From the human T2T-CHM13v2.0 reference genome, Homo sapiens: 64,000 bases of DNA. The stretch lies in assembly GCF_009914755.1 (NCBI RefSeq), contig NC_060947.1. The stretch is one strand, 5' to 3'. The position numbers were made by a program, and so were the translations under genes. Under the pieces are notes generated by a model. The model was not told the DNA's origin. It made no database searches and saw only the letters and a list, made by a program, of their open reading frames with translations. This document shows positions 29,005-50,161 of this stretch, piece after piece (within the stretch, counting starts at the first letter, position 1; each line of letters starts with the position of its first letter).

Positions 29005-31483
29005 TAAGGTGGCCTTTAAGCTCTGGATGCTTGTTAGCACAAGGCTGCAAAAATGCACAGTCCCAGATGAGAGTGGTGGTAGAAGTTTGCATGCCCAACT
29101 GTGTGCTAGTAATTGTTAAACCGTGTGTGTGCACTTATACTTGTGAACTGCTCTGTGTTTGCGTTACATGGGGTCCTTCAGGACTTTTAAGAACTAAAGA
29201 ATATGAAGATCATTAAGCCATTTATAAAGCAAAAGTGATTTATATTGATACCATAACACCTACACAAGTTTATGCACAGAAATAAACACAGTCTCTTGGG
29301 AGATTAGCTTAGTTATGGCTTGCTTTTTAAATAACAACCTGATCTCAAGCACTGAACCAAGATTTGAAATGTCCAGCCACAGCCTCTTTGGCTGTTCTTT
29401 TCACAGGAAGAGCAATTACTGAGCTGTGATTCTTCACAGCTCAGCCAGGTGTCAGAAAGTCCTAGTGACTTTCCTCTAATCCTTAGGAATAGAAGTGATG
29501 ATATGATTCACCCCCAGATTCAACTCTGCTCTGGGACAGAAATATCCATTCCTGCATCTTCTGGACTCTCTCCAGAAAGAGAATGCCATCCCCAGAATGA
29601 GTATTTTAATGCAACTAATGCCGCCCAAACTGCTGGGCAGCTACGGTGTCTACCCAGAAAACCTAGGTTGGTCCACAGGTACCCTGTGGTTCCCATACTG
29701 GGACCAAGGCAATCCTATAAGTAAAGAAACTCTTGGACCAACAAACGTTTGCTAAGAGGAGTTATCAGGTACTCAGAATGGGTCTTGCCAGTGATTTTCA
29801 ACCAGGATTCCTACTTCCCACTCTTAGAGAGCTTTTGGAAGTGTCTAAGGGTGTTTTAGGTCATCCTAATGATTTGGTGTGCTACTGGCATTTTGTGTTT
29901 TAGGGTCGGAGATGCTAAGTATTCTGCAGGGAGTGGGACAGTCCCTGAATGGAGAATTTTTTTGAAAGGCTTAGGCCTAGGTGGGTCCCCCAGGGGACCT
30001 AGGACCAAAACATACTACTTAGGGTGCCATAGAATGTTCTTTTGGCTATTGAAGGGGGCATGGGAGGGGGCATTGAAACAGAACTAGACCACCCAGGAGG
30101 TGTCCAAATGTGCCTTCTCCAGATGTGAATATCGCTTTGTGTCAGAATCCTCCTTGGTGGTTTATTCATGGGTTGGTATGTCCATTGTGGACTCTGTCTC
30201 CATACTGGAGTGTTTAGTGCCCTCTCTTTCCCTTTGGAGTCTTCTCTGAAGTTCTCCCACCTCACATCATCAGCGCCATTGTGGCTTCCAGGTAGCCCCA
30301 GCCTTCCAAGACAGCAGTGTTCCCCTCGCTTGTGATCTCAATCTGACTCCAGGAAGGGTGTGCTGGCGACTTATTGGAGCTTTGACAGGCTGCCAAGCCA
30401 CTTGTCCCAGAGAGGTACCTGGGTGAATTGACAGCCTGGCACAGGGGCTGTTACACTTGTAACACCAGTTGGCAATCGCCGGATTGGCTGTCCACAATCC
30501 CAGTGCAGCCAAACTGCAAAGAAAACCTCATCTGTCCCTGACAGAGCTCCAGCAACACTGGCGCCTCTGTGACTACTTGGACAACACAAGAGATGCTCTG
30601 AAGTACCCACCAATTTCCAGCTTAACATTTGAATAACTGAACGTCTTTCAGTGTTCATTGAGGGGCTTGTTTGGCAACTGCGGTTGTAAAGATGTTTTAT
30701 ATTCCCAAGCTTGATTCTTTCCAGCCTTTGGGGGCTGAGAGATGCTGACTCCATGAACACACACATTGGAGCCCAGTGTATAAGCCAAAGTCACAGCAAA
30801 TCAGTGGCAGAAGTCTCAGAACTGACATTTGTGCAGCCCCTTCTGAAATGTTTTCAGACACCCTAATATTAAAAGTAGGGCAGCAGAGCAGATGGAACCC
30901 AGAAGTAGTCAGATTTATGACTGTACACAAAACACATGACATAGTTCCTCTGCATGGATACATTTTTCGAGTTGCTAAATTGATCATCTATAAAATCCAG
31001 TTATGGTCAAAAATGAACATTTTGCCAGTAACTCAAGTCATTTGATTTAAATTATGAATCCAGAAATAGTATGCTTTTTAATCATATAAATGTCACTTTT
31101 GCTTTTGTTCATTCCTAAGAGTTGACAGACTATCCCAAGTGGATATTCTGACTTATAAGAGAAGGTGAAGGGAGAACCAACACAGTGCCTGGCACTTAGT
31201 AAGCATTTAAAAGATAATTTTTTGAGTGGAAGGAGAGAGGTAGGGAGGGAGAGACATGACCTTCTTTTGCCATAAGCCTCGCCAGGTGAAATTCAGAAAC
31301 ACCTACCTCTAACCCCCTGCACCTCTCCCCAGGGCCCAGGCCTCTGAGCAGCACTCATGGGTCACTTTACTCATTGTGGATCACAGAGCCTGGGCTACTA
31401 TAAAGGCCAGTGTTGCAGCCTTCTCCCCAGGACTATATTTCTTTTCTTGGTGTTTAATCCCCCCTCCCATGTTTGATGCTTAG

Positions 31484-31858
<375 letters not shown>

Positions 31859-33022
31859 TGAAGATCATTAGTCTTGGTCTCTAGGGGGAAGAGTATGGGG
31901 TGATTCACCACATGGCACCCAGAATGCTGAGATAAGGAGCAGTTGCAAGTCTCCTGTCTCCTGGAAACCCCACATGATAGATTTTTCTGCTTTCTGGGAG
32001 AAAACTTGGCCTTTTGCATGAAGGCTGTTATGGAAGGGTCAGGGAGTGGATCCTACTCAGCCAATTCCCAACTCCCACTTATCCTAGGACAAGTGGGAGT
32101 TGGGAATTGGCTGAGTAGAGCCAAAAATAGGCGGCATGTCACCCACATCAATTTACAAGGTAGAGTAGGAAAAAGTATCCGGTCTTCCTAGCCCTCACCA
32201 TATGGAAAAGGGCTGGGGAAATCCAGGATTCCTGGATAGCATTTCATCTACAGTGAAGCACCAAGAAGTGTCAGAGATGCAATCAAAGCCAATCAGTACT
32301 ACCAAGTAGGGTGGGACAGAGTTGGAAAGGAACAGTGGAAGAAATACCTTTTCAGAGCCTACATGAAAGCCAAACAAAACCCCAAATCAGACACAAAAAG
32401 ATGAAAGGATTTTTGGAAAGAGAGATTCAAGTTTAGCTCTCAGCCAAATGCAATACAGAGACTCACTGGTGGGAAGGAAAGGTTGTGGGAGTCCTGCCTG
32501 GAGGGAGGCCTAAGCACCTCCCTCACCCCCAAGCAACCCTTTGAATTCAGTTGGTCTGTTGTTCCAAATGGGATTTTAAACTTTTTTATTATGAAAACTT
32601 TCACACATACACACAAGTAGGAGGAATATAGTATCATTAACCCTATTACCCATTCCCAGGTTCAACAATTATCAATACAGTGCCAAGATGTTTCATCTGT
32701 ACCTTGAAATAATATTTTAAACCTTTGATTTACTCTAATCAGCAATTTACTCTGCTTGAGGCTGAGCCCCTCTGTAAGGTAAAGGCATGAATCCCACAGC
32801 AAGAAAAGAGGAGTCTGAGCCATTGCCAGGAGCCCTCCCTTCCTGCCTAGTGTCTTGGGCTTTAGACCCAATGGTTGATAAAGGTCATGTCCTAGATAAG
32901 TGATTTGAAAATTCCTCTTATTTTGGGTCAGAAGTGTAGAAAAGACCTGACTCCTCACTACTTTCCTCTGAGGGTAATTAGAATCAGCCAGGTCGGAGAC
33001 AGAGTAGGAAACAACAGCTTAG

Positions 33023-33319
<297 letters not shown>

Positions 33320-35189
33320 TGAAATAGCTATGTAAGTTTTTCCAACCTCCAGGTAGCCCTGAAGGCCCTTTCCTTCCTTTTCTGCTACCATCGTAGGCCA
33401 TGGCCAAGTTGGCTGGCCTGGTGACCTGAGCTGGCTGTGGCTCAAAGTCCTGTCTATTTGTCCACTCAGATCTCATCAGTTTTCAGAAACAAGCAATCCC
33501 AGTAACTCTGGCATCCTCACAGGATCCTAAAGTTTAACAAGCCCATTTCGGTTTCAACGGGTCCCAACCCCCAATACCTAGCTCCAGTATGAGATGATTC
33601 CCAATTCAGTTTATCCAGAAACATTTACTAGACACTTACTCTGGGTTAAGCCCTATGCTAGGTACTAGCAATCAGAAGTGAATGAAGAACTGTCCTGGCT
33701 CACTAGAGCTTATATGTGCCTGAATAAATATGACAGCAGCAGGGTGCAATGAAGATGAGGGCACTCAGGAAGCATTTTTCCAACTCTACACAAGAGAGAT
33801 GGTGCAGGCTTCATGGAAAAAGTGATATATGCATGCTCTTAGCCTTGAAGAATGAATGAGAGTTTGTTGTGTAGAGAGATGGAATGGAGGGGGCATACTC
33901 TAAGCAAAGGGCCTTGCATTTACAAAGCCATGGTGGCATGAAACAGCATGGGATCATGAGAGAAGCATGAGTGATTTTTTATGGCTAGAGTACAGGATGT
34001 GAGGTAAAGAGGAGTAGGGAATAAAATTGGAGAGACAGGAAGCAGTGATCAAAGGCTTTTGGTAGGCCAAGGCAAGCATAGACTTTATGATTGAGCCTGG
34101 GCAGCGGTTCTTAAAGTGTGGCTGTTATAGATTCTTTGCAATTTCATGCTTCCTGGAGTGGTAGCATCAGCATCAACTGGGACCTTGTTAGAAATGCAAA
34201 TTCTTAGGCCCCAGCCCAGTCCTACTGAGTCAGAAACTCTGGAGGCAGAATTCAGTACTCTGTGTTTTAACAAGCCTTCCAGGGGATTCCGATGCCCAAA
34301 AGACTTTGAGAACCTCTGCTTTATGATGGTGGTTTAAACCTTAGATGCACATTAAAATTATCTGGGAGGTTTGGGAAAATGCTGTGCCCCATCCAAGACC
34401 AGTTGAATCAAAATCTATGGGAGTGGGGTCCAAACACTGGTATTTTTTTAAATTCCTCAAGTGATCCTAATGTGCAGCCAAAGTAAAGAAATTCTGTGGG
34501 AGAGTAGGAGAGCAGAAATTATTAAAAGAGAAGAATAGCCTGGTCAGATGAGCAAATTCAAAAGACCACACAGTGCTAAGGAAGTACACCAGCTAGGGAG
34601 CAATGGCAGTTATCCAGAAGAAATGACAAGGGCTAGAACCAGGGCCATGATGAAGGAGGTGGGATGGGTTTCAAGAGAGATTTAAAGGGTAGAATGGATA
34701 GGCTTTAACTTAACAAGTGTCTTGTAGAGGTGGTATCATTCCCCAAGTTAGAGAATACAGACAATGGAATGGGTTTAGGGTAAAGATGAGTTCATTTTGG
34801 GAAATGTTGAGTTTTAGGTGCCCATAGGACATACAACAGCACTTAATGAGAGAAAAAAACCTCAAACTTCATCTGTCTCTGATGGTGATATCCAGGGAGG
34901 TGCTATGAGACATTGTCGTTGTCCTTTTTGACTGTTCTGACAACCTAAAATGTTAGGAACGTTTCCCAGACAGCCTCAGGTTCATTTACCAACCTTCTAG
35001 GAGGCAATGAGTTGTGGTTGCTCTGTGAATTTTGTAAGTTTAGTTCTCATTTTTTTTTTTTGCCCTGAATTTCTTAATTCAAGCTTCCAAGGATTACCTT
35101 GGTTTGAATATTTTAGAATTTAGTGACAAGATCATGTCCATCCTATCCTTCTGCTTCATGATGATATGGACTTCAGCTGTATTCTTTCT

Positions 35190-38260
<3,071 letters not shown>

Positions 38261-38913
38261 TTGATGATGTATTCCTTTTCCACTCTCTCCTATATTATAG
38301 TGATATCACTGTGGCTTCCTAGTCCCTTAGTCCATACTGGTTCCACTTTAACAAAATGGGAAACTGGTCTAACCAAGGCTGACTCATTGATAGCTGGGGC
38401 TGTGACCCTCAGGGTTTGGGGGTTGTCATACCCTTGGCCAGTAGTTCCTGGAGACCTCCTCTAGGATAGCATAGGGAAGATTGACTCATCAACATTTTTG
38501 TCCTTCAGACACCAAGAAGAAGAATGCCTCCCCCATCCCTGCAATTCAGCTCTCACCCTGGGCTTCTGGGCCAGGGCCCTGTGGAGAGTCCCTCCCAGTA
38601 TCTTTCTCCCCTTGTTTCCATCTGAGCTAGTAAAGGAGCCTTGTATGGCTTGGGGGTGAGTATAACCCCCATGAAAAAAAGTAGGAAAGTCTCTTATAAA
38701 AGGAGGAAAGAAAGGGAGTGGTGCCATGTCTCACTTTTGCAGTGAACTGGACTGTCTGCTTGTACCTTGCCATTGTGTGCCCCTGTCACTGAGAAGGCTA
38801 TCTAGTATCTGCTGAATAAAGTGAACAGTGTCTATGAGACCTGAGCCTCCTCTGTTGTCTCTTCTCCAAGGGGAGCTCCTTCCTCTGTCCCTTGATCTAG
38901 CATGCCTTACTGA

Positions 38914-39147
<234 letters not shown>

Positions 39148-39315
39148 TGAGTTGTGCTGCGGCCCGTTGGGATGGGGGGCGAATAGTTGCGTAGGGAAAA
39201 GGTACACTGGTTGAGCTATGCTATGCTTTTCAGAAATGTAGGACATGGGATGGGAGTGAGAATTGGAGTCCCTCATATCTAGACTATGAAGCCCTAGAGC
39301 TACAGCTTCTACTAG

Positions 39316-39717
<402 letters not shown>

Positions 39718-39893
39718 TGACTCAGGTGCACATACGGCTTGGCCAGGTGTGGGGCAGTTGTGGAGAGGAGTCTTCCCCAAGCCTGAGCATCCCAAAGAGA
39801 CAGCTGAGTGACACATCACTGAGAGAGCTCAGGGTCCTCAAAGCAAAGGGGCCAAGATGCAGGAGATAATTCTCAGGTCCTTTTCACCAATTA

Positions 39894-40120
<227 letters not shown>

Positions 40121-41785
40121 AAAGGAAATGTACCTCTGTACCTCTAATTCATCAGTCCTAGGGTGTGGAATTCTGGGAGACAAAACCCCAGCCCAGGGGA
40201 AAGTGGGAGAGTTGGGGGCACAAGACCTGACCTGGAGAATGGGTCACTGGGTGGAATGGTGAGGGATCAGGTTACTGCCTCCACTTTCTAGTGCTCTGAG
40301 GGACTCCCACTGTCTGCTTTCCCAAGCCCCGCAGCAGCTTCTTAGCTTTGTAAGATTCAATCTGCCTGTGCTTCCTGCCCTAGAAGCAGGAGAGTGGTGA
40401 GACGCACTAGAATCAGCATGCAGATGTACATATGGGACGCAATCGCCCCATACATTCCTCCCATTCCAGATTTCTTGCATTACCAACTAGCTTCTCTTTT
40501 AAGATGCAAATTTCCCCGGAGAGTTAAGCCATTCCCACCTTGCTGTGAATATTTAATCAGATTGTTTTCTTCTCAACTGAGAGCATCAGTGCTCACCACC
40601 ATCTCCTCAGGTAACATTTTTTTCGAGGCACCCCAGTGCTTGGGTTGGAAATATGAAGATGAAGAGGGCCTGGTCTTGGCCCCTGAGTCAGGCACAGTCT
40701 AATGGGGAAACACATTAGTCAGTCCCAACACAGTGCATTAGGCACAGGTGCTCTGGAAGCACAGAGGAAGAACACTAAGCCCAGCCTGAGGGAGGTGGAA
40801 AAGGCCAGAGCTGGGTCTTGAAAGACAGATAAGAGTTTGTCTAGATTAATCCGTGGGCATGGGTCATGGGAGGAAGTGTTTCCCAGGCAGAGAGATCCAT
40901 CTGTACAAAGGCCCAGAGATATGAGAAACCATGGTGCAAGGACAGAAATGCAAATCATTCAGCCTAAGCAAGTACAGAAAATGCAAGCTGTGTGCAAGGG
41001 GTGAAGATAGGGGCAAGAGAAGAGGCCAGAGAGGTTGGCAGGAGCCAGTTCATGGAGGGCCTTGTGTGCCAAGGAAAGAGGTTGTACTTCATCCTCTAGG
41101 CAGCTGGGAGCCATTGAAGGGTTTAAAGCAGGGAGCTGATGTGATTAAACTTATGTTTTAGGATGCTCCCTCTAACAGTGTGGAGGCACTTGAGGGAAAG
41201 AGGGAAACAAGTGTCAGTCCTGAAGGTAACCTGGCTGTCACCCTGACACAGGTGGGAATGTCAAGGCAATGACTGGCTAGAGAAGAGGGATGGATAGATT
41301 GGAAAAGGAGCTAGGGGGTAAGTATCCAGATGATCTGGTAACTGCTGGCTCTCACATGAGGCGATTAAGGAGGAGTCCAGTGTGACTCACAGGTTTCTGG
41401 CTTGATTGCCCAGGGGATGCTGATATAGACCAGGAATGCCTGAAGTGCAGGCTTGGGACTTAGGAATGCTTAGTATGAACGGTATTGAGTGGGACCCCCA
41501 GCTGGGGAATGACCAGCATGTACATGACTCTAGGGGTCTGAAACATCTCAGGAGAGAGGTATGGATTAGGTGGGGCGTCAGTTAGTTGGAATTAAACCAA
41601 AAACAAAATGAGTAAGCTGGATACTTTAGGAATGAAGATCAGGAGGTAGGACAAGATTTTAGAAAGGGAGATGAGATACTAGAGGGAAGAGCTGTCCAAA
41701 CTAGAACCTTGCTGCTGTTTTAAGAAGGGCATCTTCACATCTCCACAGTGTCACTTGCTGACTGGTGCCTGTCCTAGGATGTTGA

Positions 41786-42148
<363 letters not shown>

Positions 42149-43612
42149 TGACCTTTTTTTGTTCCTCTTCCTCGATTTGGGGGCGCAGCATACTTTTTCC
42201 ATAAAGGGCCAGATAGTAAATATTTTAGGTTTTGCAGGCGGGCCATACTGGCAACTGTGGCAACTACTCAGCCCTGCTGTCAGATTATGAAAGCAGCCAC
42301 AGACAATGCATAAACAAATGGGTGTGGCTGTTTACCAATAATTATTTATGGATACGAAAATTTGAATTTCATGTACTTTTCACATGTCACAAAACATGCC
42401 TCTTCTGATTTTTTTTCCCTACCATTAAAAAATCTAAAAACCATTCTTAGCTCCTGGGCCATAAAAAATAGGTGGTGGGTGGTATTTGGCCCATGGGCCA
42501 TGGTTAGGCAACCCCTGCTCTATTTCATTTTTGTTCCACATACTCCCACAGTCCCCTACCCTAGGTTTCCTGAGTCCTTCTACTTCTCCCCCTGCTTGCT
42601 CAGCACCTTTGCTGCAGGAACAAGGCTCTGGGGCAGGGCACAGCTGGTCCCACCCTAAGACTGTGCCCCAGGCTAGTTTACCCTGGTGAAAGGAAATTCA
42701 AATCACCTTGCTAATTGGATCCAGGTGCTTGTCTTGCTCCCAGGAGCACATTGTCAGCTAGTGCGGCACATCGGTGGAAAGCCACTTATCAAAGTGCCTA
42801 TAGACAGGCACAAGAGGTTCCTCAGGGTGATGCTAATACCAGGGAATGGGCCTCCAGACGACCCAAGCTTGATTGCTCCAAGGAATCTGTCAAGACCTCT
42901 TAAGGGAATCCAGTCCTTCAGGCCGAGAGGTAGCCATTTACATACTGGGATTTGCAGAACACTGAAAGCCCACTGTCCCCTCCCACCTCCTTCATACACT
43001 GTCAAATCTTTCTTCCACCCACCTACCACTGCTAAAATTTCTATTGGCCATACCTGCTGGAGTGCCCATTAAAAGGCAAATCTCTGCTTAACGAGGGAGG
43101 CTGCCATGAAGTACCCAATCAACCCTCAACACCTTAGGCAGAGTTACTGTGCCAGTTTAGTTTTTGGCCTGGGTGAGAAGTGCAAGTTTGAGTGGCTGTT
43201 GGTGGGGGGAGGGTAAAGACCAGACACAGGATGCCGCCTTCTCAGGCAGAGCACTGGGTGGGGGCCTCAAATGGCCTGCAGCAACAAATGGAAAGCCCCT
43301 GGGGCTTGGAAGGGGAGGGTGCTCCAAAGGCCCCCAAACAAACCTCACCTACTTCACGGTTTTGCTTGAGCTAGCCCTTCTGCCTGTGCACTTTACTCAA
43401 CCTGCTGCTGAGGCTAAGGTGTTCATTTGGACCCATAATCTGGGGCTCTATCCCAGGAACCATTTTCTGTCCCAGACCATTTTCCCCTCCAGGTTGTCCT
43501 ACTGTGGCACTGAGCCCCAGATATTTTCAGACCCCACCAGAGAGTCCAATGCATGTTTTCTATTTCCTCCTCCTGCCTCCTCTCCCCACCTCCTCCACCC
43601 TTCCTTCTGTGA

Positions 43613-43924
<312 letters not shown>

Positions 43925-44165
43925 TAATTCTGAAGTGGTTCAACCCTGGGACTCTTTGGGCTAATATGTCTCTTCTCAGCCCTCTGGGACATGCCATTTT
44001 GACCACATAATAAGGTCAGCCAGCACTAAGGAATGCTATGGAGAGTCAGATCAGCCTGAGACAGTTCTTCAGCACAGGGCAGGGAAACTGGAGAACTTGG
44101 AGCTACCCCCAGACCACTGCTTCCCATTTTTCTCATATCATAGCACACAGAAAATTATATTCACA

Positions 44166-44508
44166 GGCCGGCATGGTGGCTCATGCCTGTAATCTCATGC
44201 TTTGGGAGGCCAAGGTGGGCAGATAACTTGAGTCCAAGGGGTTTGAGACCAGCCTGGGCAACATGGTGAAACCCTGTCTCTACAAAAAATTACAAAACTT
44301 AGCTGGGCATGGTAGCACACACCTGTGGTCCCAGCTACTCAGGGGACTGAGGTGGGAGGACTGCCTGGGCCAGAGAGGTCAAGGCTGCAGTGAGCTGTGA
44401 TTGCACCACTACACTCCAGCCTGGGCAACAGAGTGAAACCCTGTCTCAAAAAAAAAAAATAAAATAAATAAAAAGTAATAATAAAGAAAGAAAAGAAAAA
44501 AGAAAAAA
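44166..44508 (+). mobile_element. AluJ
   Basis: dimer; TSD aaattatattca. Confidence 0.9.
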
Positions 44509-46973
44509 AAATTATATTCATGTGGAACACTGGGGTAAATGTAGCAGCCCCAGAGACTCTGTCCACCCCAGGTTCTGCCTGGCTGCCCCAGAAACTATAG
44601 GAATGAATATCTTGGCCCATCTTCACCCATTCCATGTGCACAGCAGTTGGGGGGCCCTGCCATAGGGACACGCACCTTGAGTCATTGAAGAGAGGGTGTC
44701 TGAGCATGTGAACAGAACAGAGGGGGCCTGGGAAGAAGGGGAACATGCAGAGCCTTGTCCTTATTTCACCTCCCAGAGTCCAGCCCTTCCAGAACCTTAG
44801 ATTCATTCCCATAGATCAACTCCTTCGGACTGGCAAGCAGCTGTCGCCTGTGCAAAGTCTGGCAGTCTTGGTCAGCCACCCCCTCCACAGCTCTCCTGTT
44901 TGAATACCAGTGACCACTGTGGGTGGGGGGCAGGCCTGCCTGCCAGCTGGCGGAAGCTCTTAGAGGAGTTGCAACTTTCCTTTCTTAAACGATTTCCCAG
45001 GGGGAGATATTGGTAGCAGATTAAGAGGTGGAGTGTTTGCTGTTTCTAAAAGAGAAAATTATTTGCTTTATTTTTGTCTTTGTGAAACCCAGAAAGCTTT
45101 AATGTGTTGATTTTTCCACCTGTGATTCACAGGATTCCCATTGGTTTAGGAACTGGCTTGGAGCCGATGTTTAATTGGCTTGCGGCTACCTCCTCAACCA
45201 ATGGTTGCTGCACTCCTCAGATGTTGTTGGGTAAAAAGCCAAATGGACGGGCAGAGAAGGGGGCAGGGAAGACAAGGCATGCAGGGGAGATGTGGCTTCC
45301 TGAGAAATAAAAGGGGTTTAAAATAGAGACACAGCTTTCCAACTGAGTCTTCTATGTTCTGAGTGATTCTCAACATTGACTACACAATAGAATGTCCTTA
45401 AGTGCTTTAAGAAAAAAACAGATGCCTGGGTCCTACTCTCAGAGATTATGATTTCTTTGGTCATGGGTGAAACCCAGGCATCAGGATTTATTTATTTTTT
45501 TCAGTTTCCTAGGTGACTGTGTAATGCAACCACTTTGAGAATGCACAGGCTTGAGACCTGTATTACCAGAGCTCTGGGAGGAAACAGGCTGAACAGGGGA
45601 TCAGTGGGTGTTGTCTGAGTGAGGAGCACTATGCTTATTTCTAGGGGTGATCCAGCCACAGTTGTGGGAATGAATGCTGCCCTGGAGAGGCTACATTGTC
45701 ATTGGGGAGACTAGATTCACAAAGACACATGACCTGCCTTTAAAGCACAATATCAGAACATGTATAGAGCTCTGGAATCAGACAAGGCTCAAATCCCAGC
45801 CTTCCTGTGTGACCTTCAGAAAGTGTCTTAACCTCTCTGAATCCCGATTCCCTCAACTGCAAAATGGAATGCCTATCTCAAAAGGTTTTTATCAGGATTA
45901 TTATTATTATTTTTAATTTTAGAGATGGGGGTCTTGCTATGTTGCCCAGGCTTGTCTTGAACTCCTGGGCTCAAGCAGTCCTCCCAAGTCGGCCTCCCAA
46001 AGTGCTGGGATTACAGGCATGAGCCACTGCACCCGGCCTGTTGTGAGTATTAAATGAAAAAATGTACATAAAATGTCTTAGCATACTGCCTGGCACACAG
46101 TAAGTACTCAATGAATGAGACCTGTTATTTTTTCAAAAGCAAAACATCAGTAAAGAAAAAGTAATATGAAGTAAATGTTACAGACAAGTGTGATGTGGAA
46201 TATGGAACAAAAGAACAGGAAGGAGTTAATCAGATCTGGCTTCCCACAAGAGGGTGTTTTAAGCTGGATCTTGAAGTGATAGGCATGAATTAGCAGAGAG
46301 AAGTGGGATGTGTTCAAAGGCAAGGAGCAAGCACAGAAATAAGCAAGCCATATGTGCAGGTCGATAAGCATAGTTGCTTGGCTGGAGAGGAGAATAACGA
46401 GAAAAGAGATTGAAGAGATTGGGGGTGGGCAGAACAAGTTGGTTAAAAGCCTCAAAGGCCAGTCTGTGGAATTTAGATTCAATGTGGTAGAACAGTGAGA
46501 ATCCACAGTAGGTCTTTGAGCAGAGGGGTGATCAAATAAAAGTTGATTTGGACCAGGGTGCAAGATGGGGGAGAGCAAAGCTAATGTCGAGCTAGGGCAG
46601 TGAGGAGGGGATCATGGCACTAGTCCAGGAGTGAAGGGACAAGGGCCTGTGCTGGAGGGACAGCAGTGGTAATGAGAAAAAAAGAGGAGATGTGAAATAT
46701 GCAAAATCAGTAAGATGTGGGTGCATATTCTCCCCTGCATACCACTCTTGCACAGACAATGCACGTGTCTTATTATACCTAGCCCTTCTGCCTACTTCAT
46801 GGGTCCCAAGTACTCTGAAGAATGGTACTATGTGCCCAGCAGAAGCAAAATGGATGATATTGTAGTGAAAAGAGAAAGGGAAGATTGAGGGAGAAAAAAA
46901 GATCAAGGTTTAGATTTGACAGTCATTTAGTATGAACTTGCTGTTGCTGGGAAGCATGCTAAACACAGAATTT

Positions 46974-48070
<1,097 letters not shown>

Positions 48071-48313
48071 GCACAAATACATGGCACACAGAAGGAAGTG
48101 CCATAGGAGAGCTACCAAGAGCATGTTAGGGGAGTACAGGGAAGGACAAAATTCTGGCTGGGGGTATTAAGGAAAGCTTCTTAGAGGTGCTTATATCAGC
48201 AATATTTGTGTTTAGTAAGAGGTGGCTCTGGGAAGGAATTGGGAGAGCAGGGTTGGGAAGCTTCTTACTAGAGAATGGCTTCCCTGGGCTCAGTAAGAAT
48301 CTACCCACCGAGC

Positions 48314-49026
<713 letters not shown>

Positions 49027-50105
49027 TTACACTGAAGAAGGACTGTCTGAACATCCTTAACAGGGGACATGGAAGTTAGAAACCAGACTTGGCCCATTTC
49101 CCCCTAGACAGGCCACTCTGGTCTGGTAATATTCTGTAAGGGTCTGGTGAAATTAAGATGGTTCATTTAAAGTAGTTCTCAGCCCTGACTGCACATTAGA
49201 ATCATATGTAGAGATTTAAAAACCACTGGATGCCCAGACTCTTCCTCCCAGACCATTTAAAATAAGAATTCTGGGGGGTTGGGGCCCAGGGGTATACAGG
49301 TCTTTACCACTTCCAGGTGATTCTAATTTGTATCTGGCCTGAGAACCACTACCTTAAGTGATATTCTGCCTTGCCCCCAAATTGGCTGGCTGTGCCCAAT
49401 TAGCCTTTCCCAGTGCTGTGGAGGCAAGAACCAAATATACTGATCCCTTGGGTCTCTAGACCATCATCTTTTACCCTTCCCCTCCAGGCCCCTTGATTCC
49501 ATCCTTTTCCTGTTTTCAGGGATGCTAGAGTGAGCGAAGGCTACCCCAGGGAAAATCCTTTTCCTAGTTGGCATTTCAGAGTGCTAAGTGCCTGTTAGCT
49601 CCCAGGGCACCCTGGGAAGGAGATGTAGCTGAAGCATGTCAAATTAATCCCTGCTGTACCTTCTTCTGGCTGGCTCATGCCTCCAACTCCATTCTCCTTT
49701 CCTCATGCTACATTTGAAGATGGCCTGGGCATATTAATTAGTTTTCACTCAGCTTACTTGCTCTTAGTGGAGCAAACATGAGGTAGTATTCAAATATCTT
49801 TCTTCAAGAGATGGCAGCCTGGGACTGAGGCATACCTGGGCCATTACCATACCCCATTACCACAGAAGCACATAAGGTGGAAAAAGAAATCATCAAAGGA
49901 ATGTCCCAAGGGATATCTTGTGGCCCAGTATGTGTCCTATTCTCATGTTTGAGCTTTATTTCTCTAGTGATCTCTGTAGGGACAAGCGTTACATTACACG
50001 TCATGATCATTAAAATCCTATCTAAAATAAAAAATTGTTTTTGAAGGTTTCTAAGGAACCTGTCCAACCTTTTTGTTTGCCTGCTTTTGATTTCATTTTT
50101 ACCTG

Positions 50106-50161
50106 TTGGCAAAAATTTCATTTTTCTCTTGGCAAAAATTTCATTTTTCTCTTGGCAAAAA
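50106..50161. repeat. 23-bp perfect tandem repeat x2.4 (ttggcaaaaatttcatttttctc)
   Basis: direct read. Confidence 0.95.
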
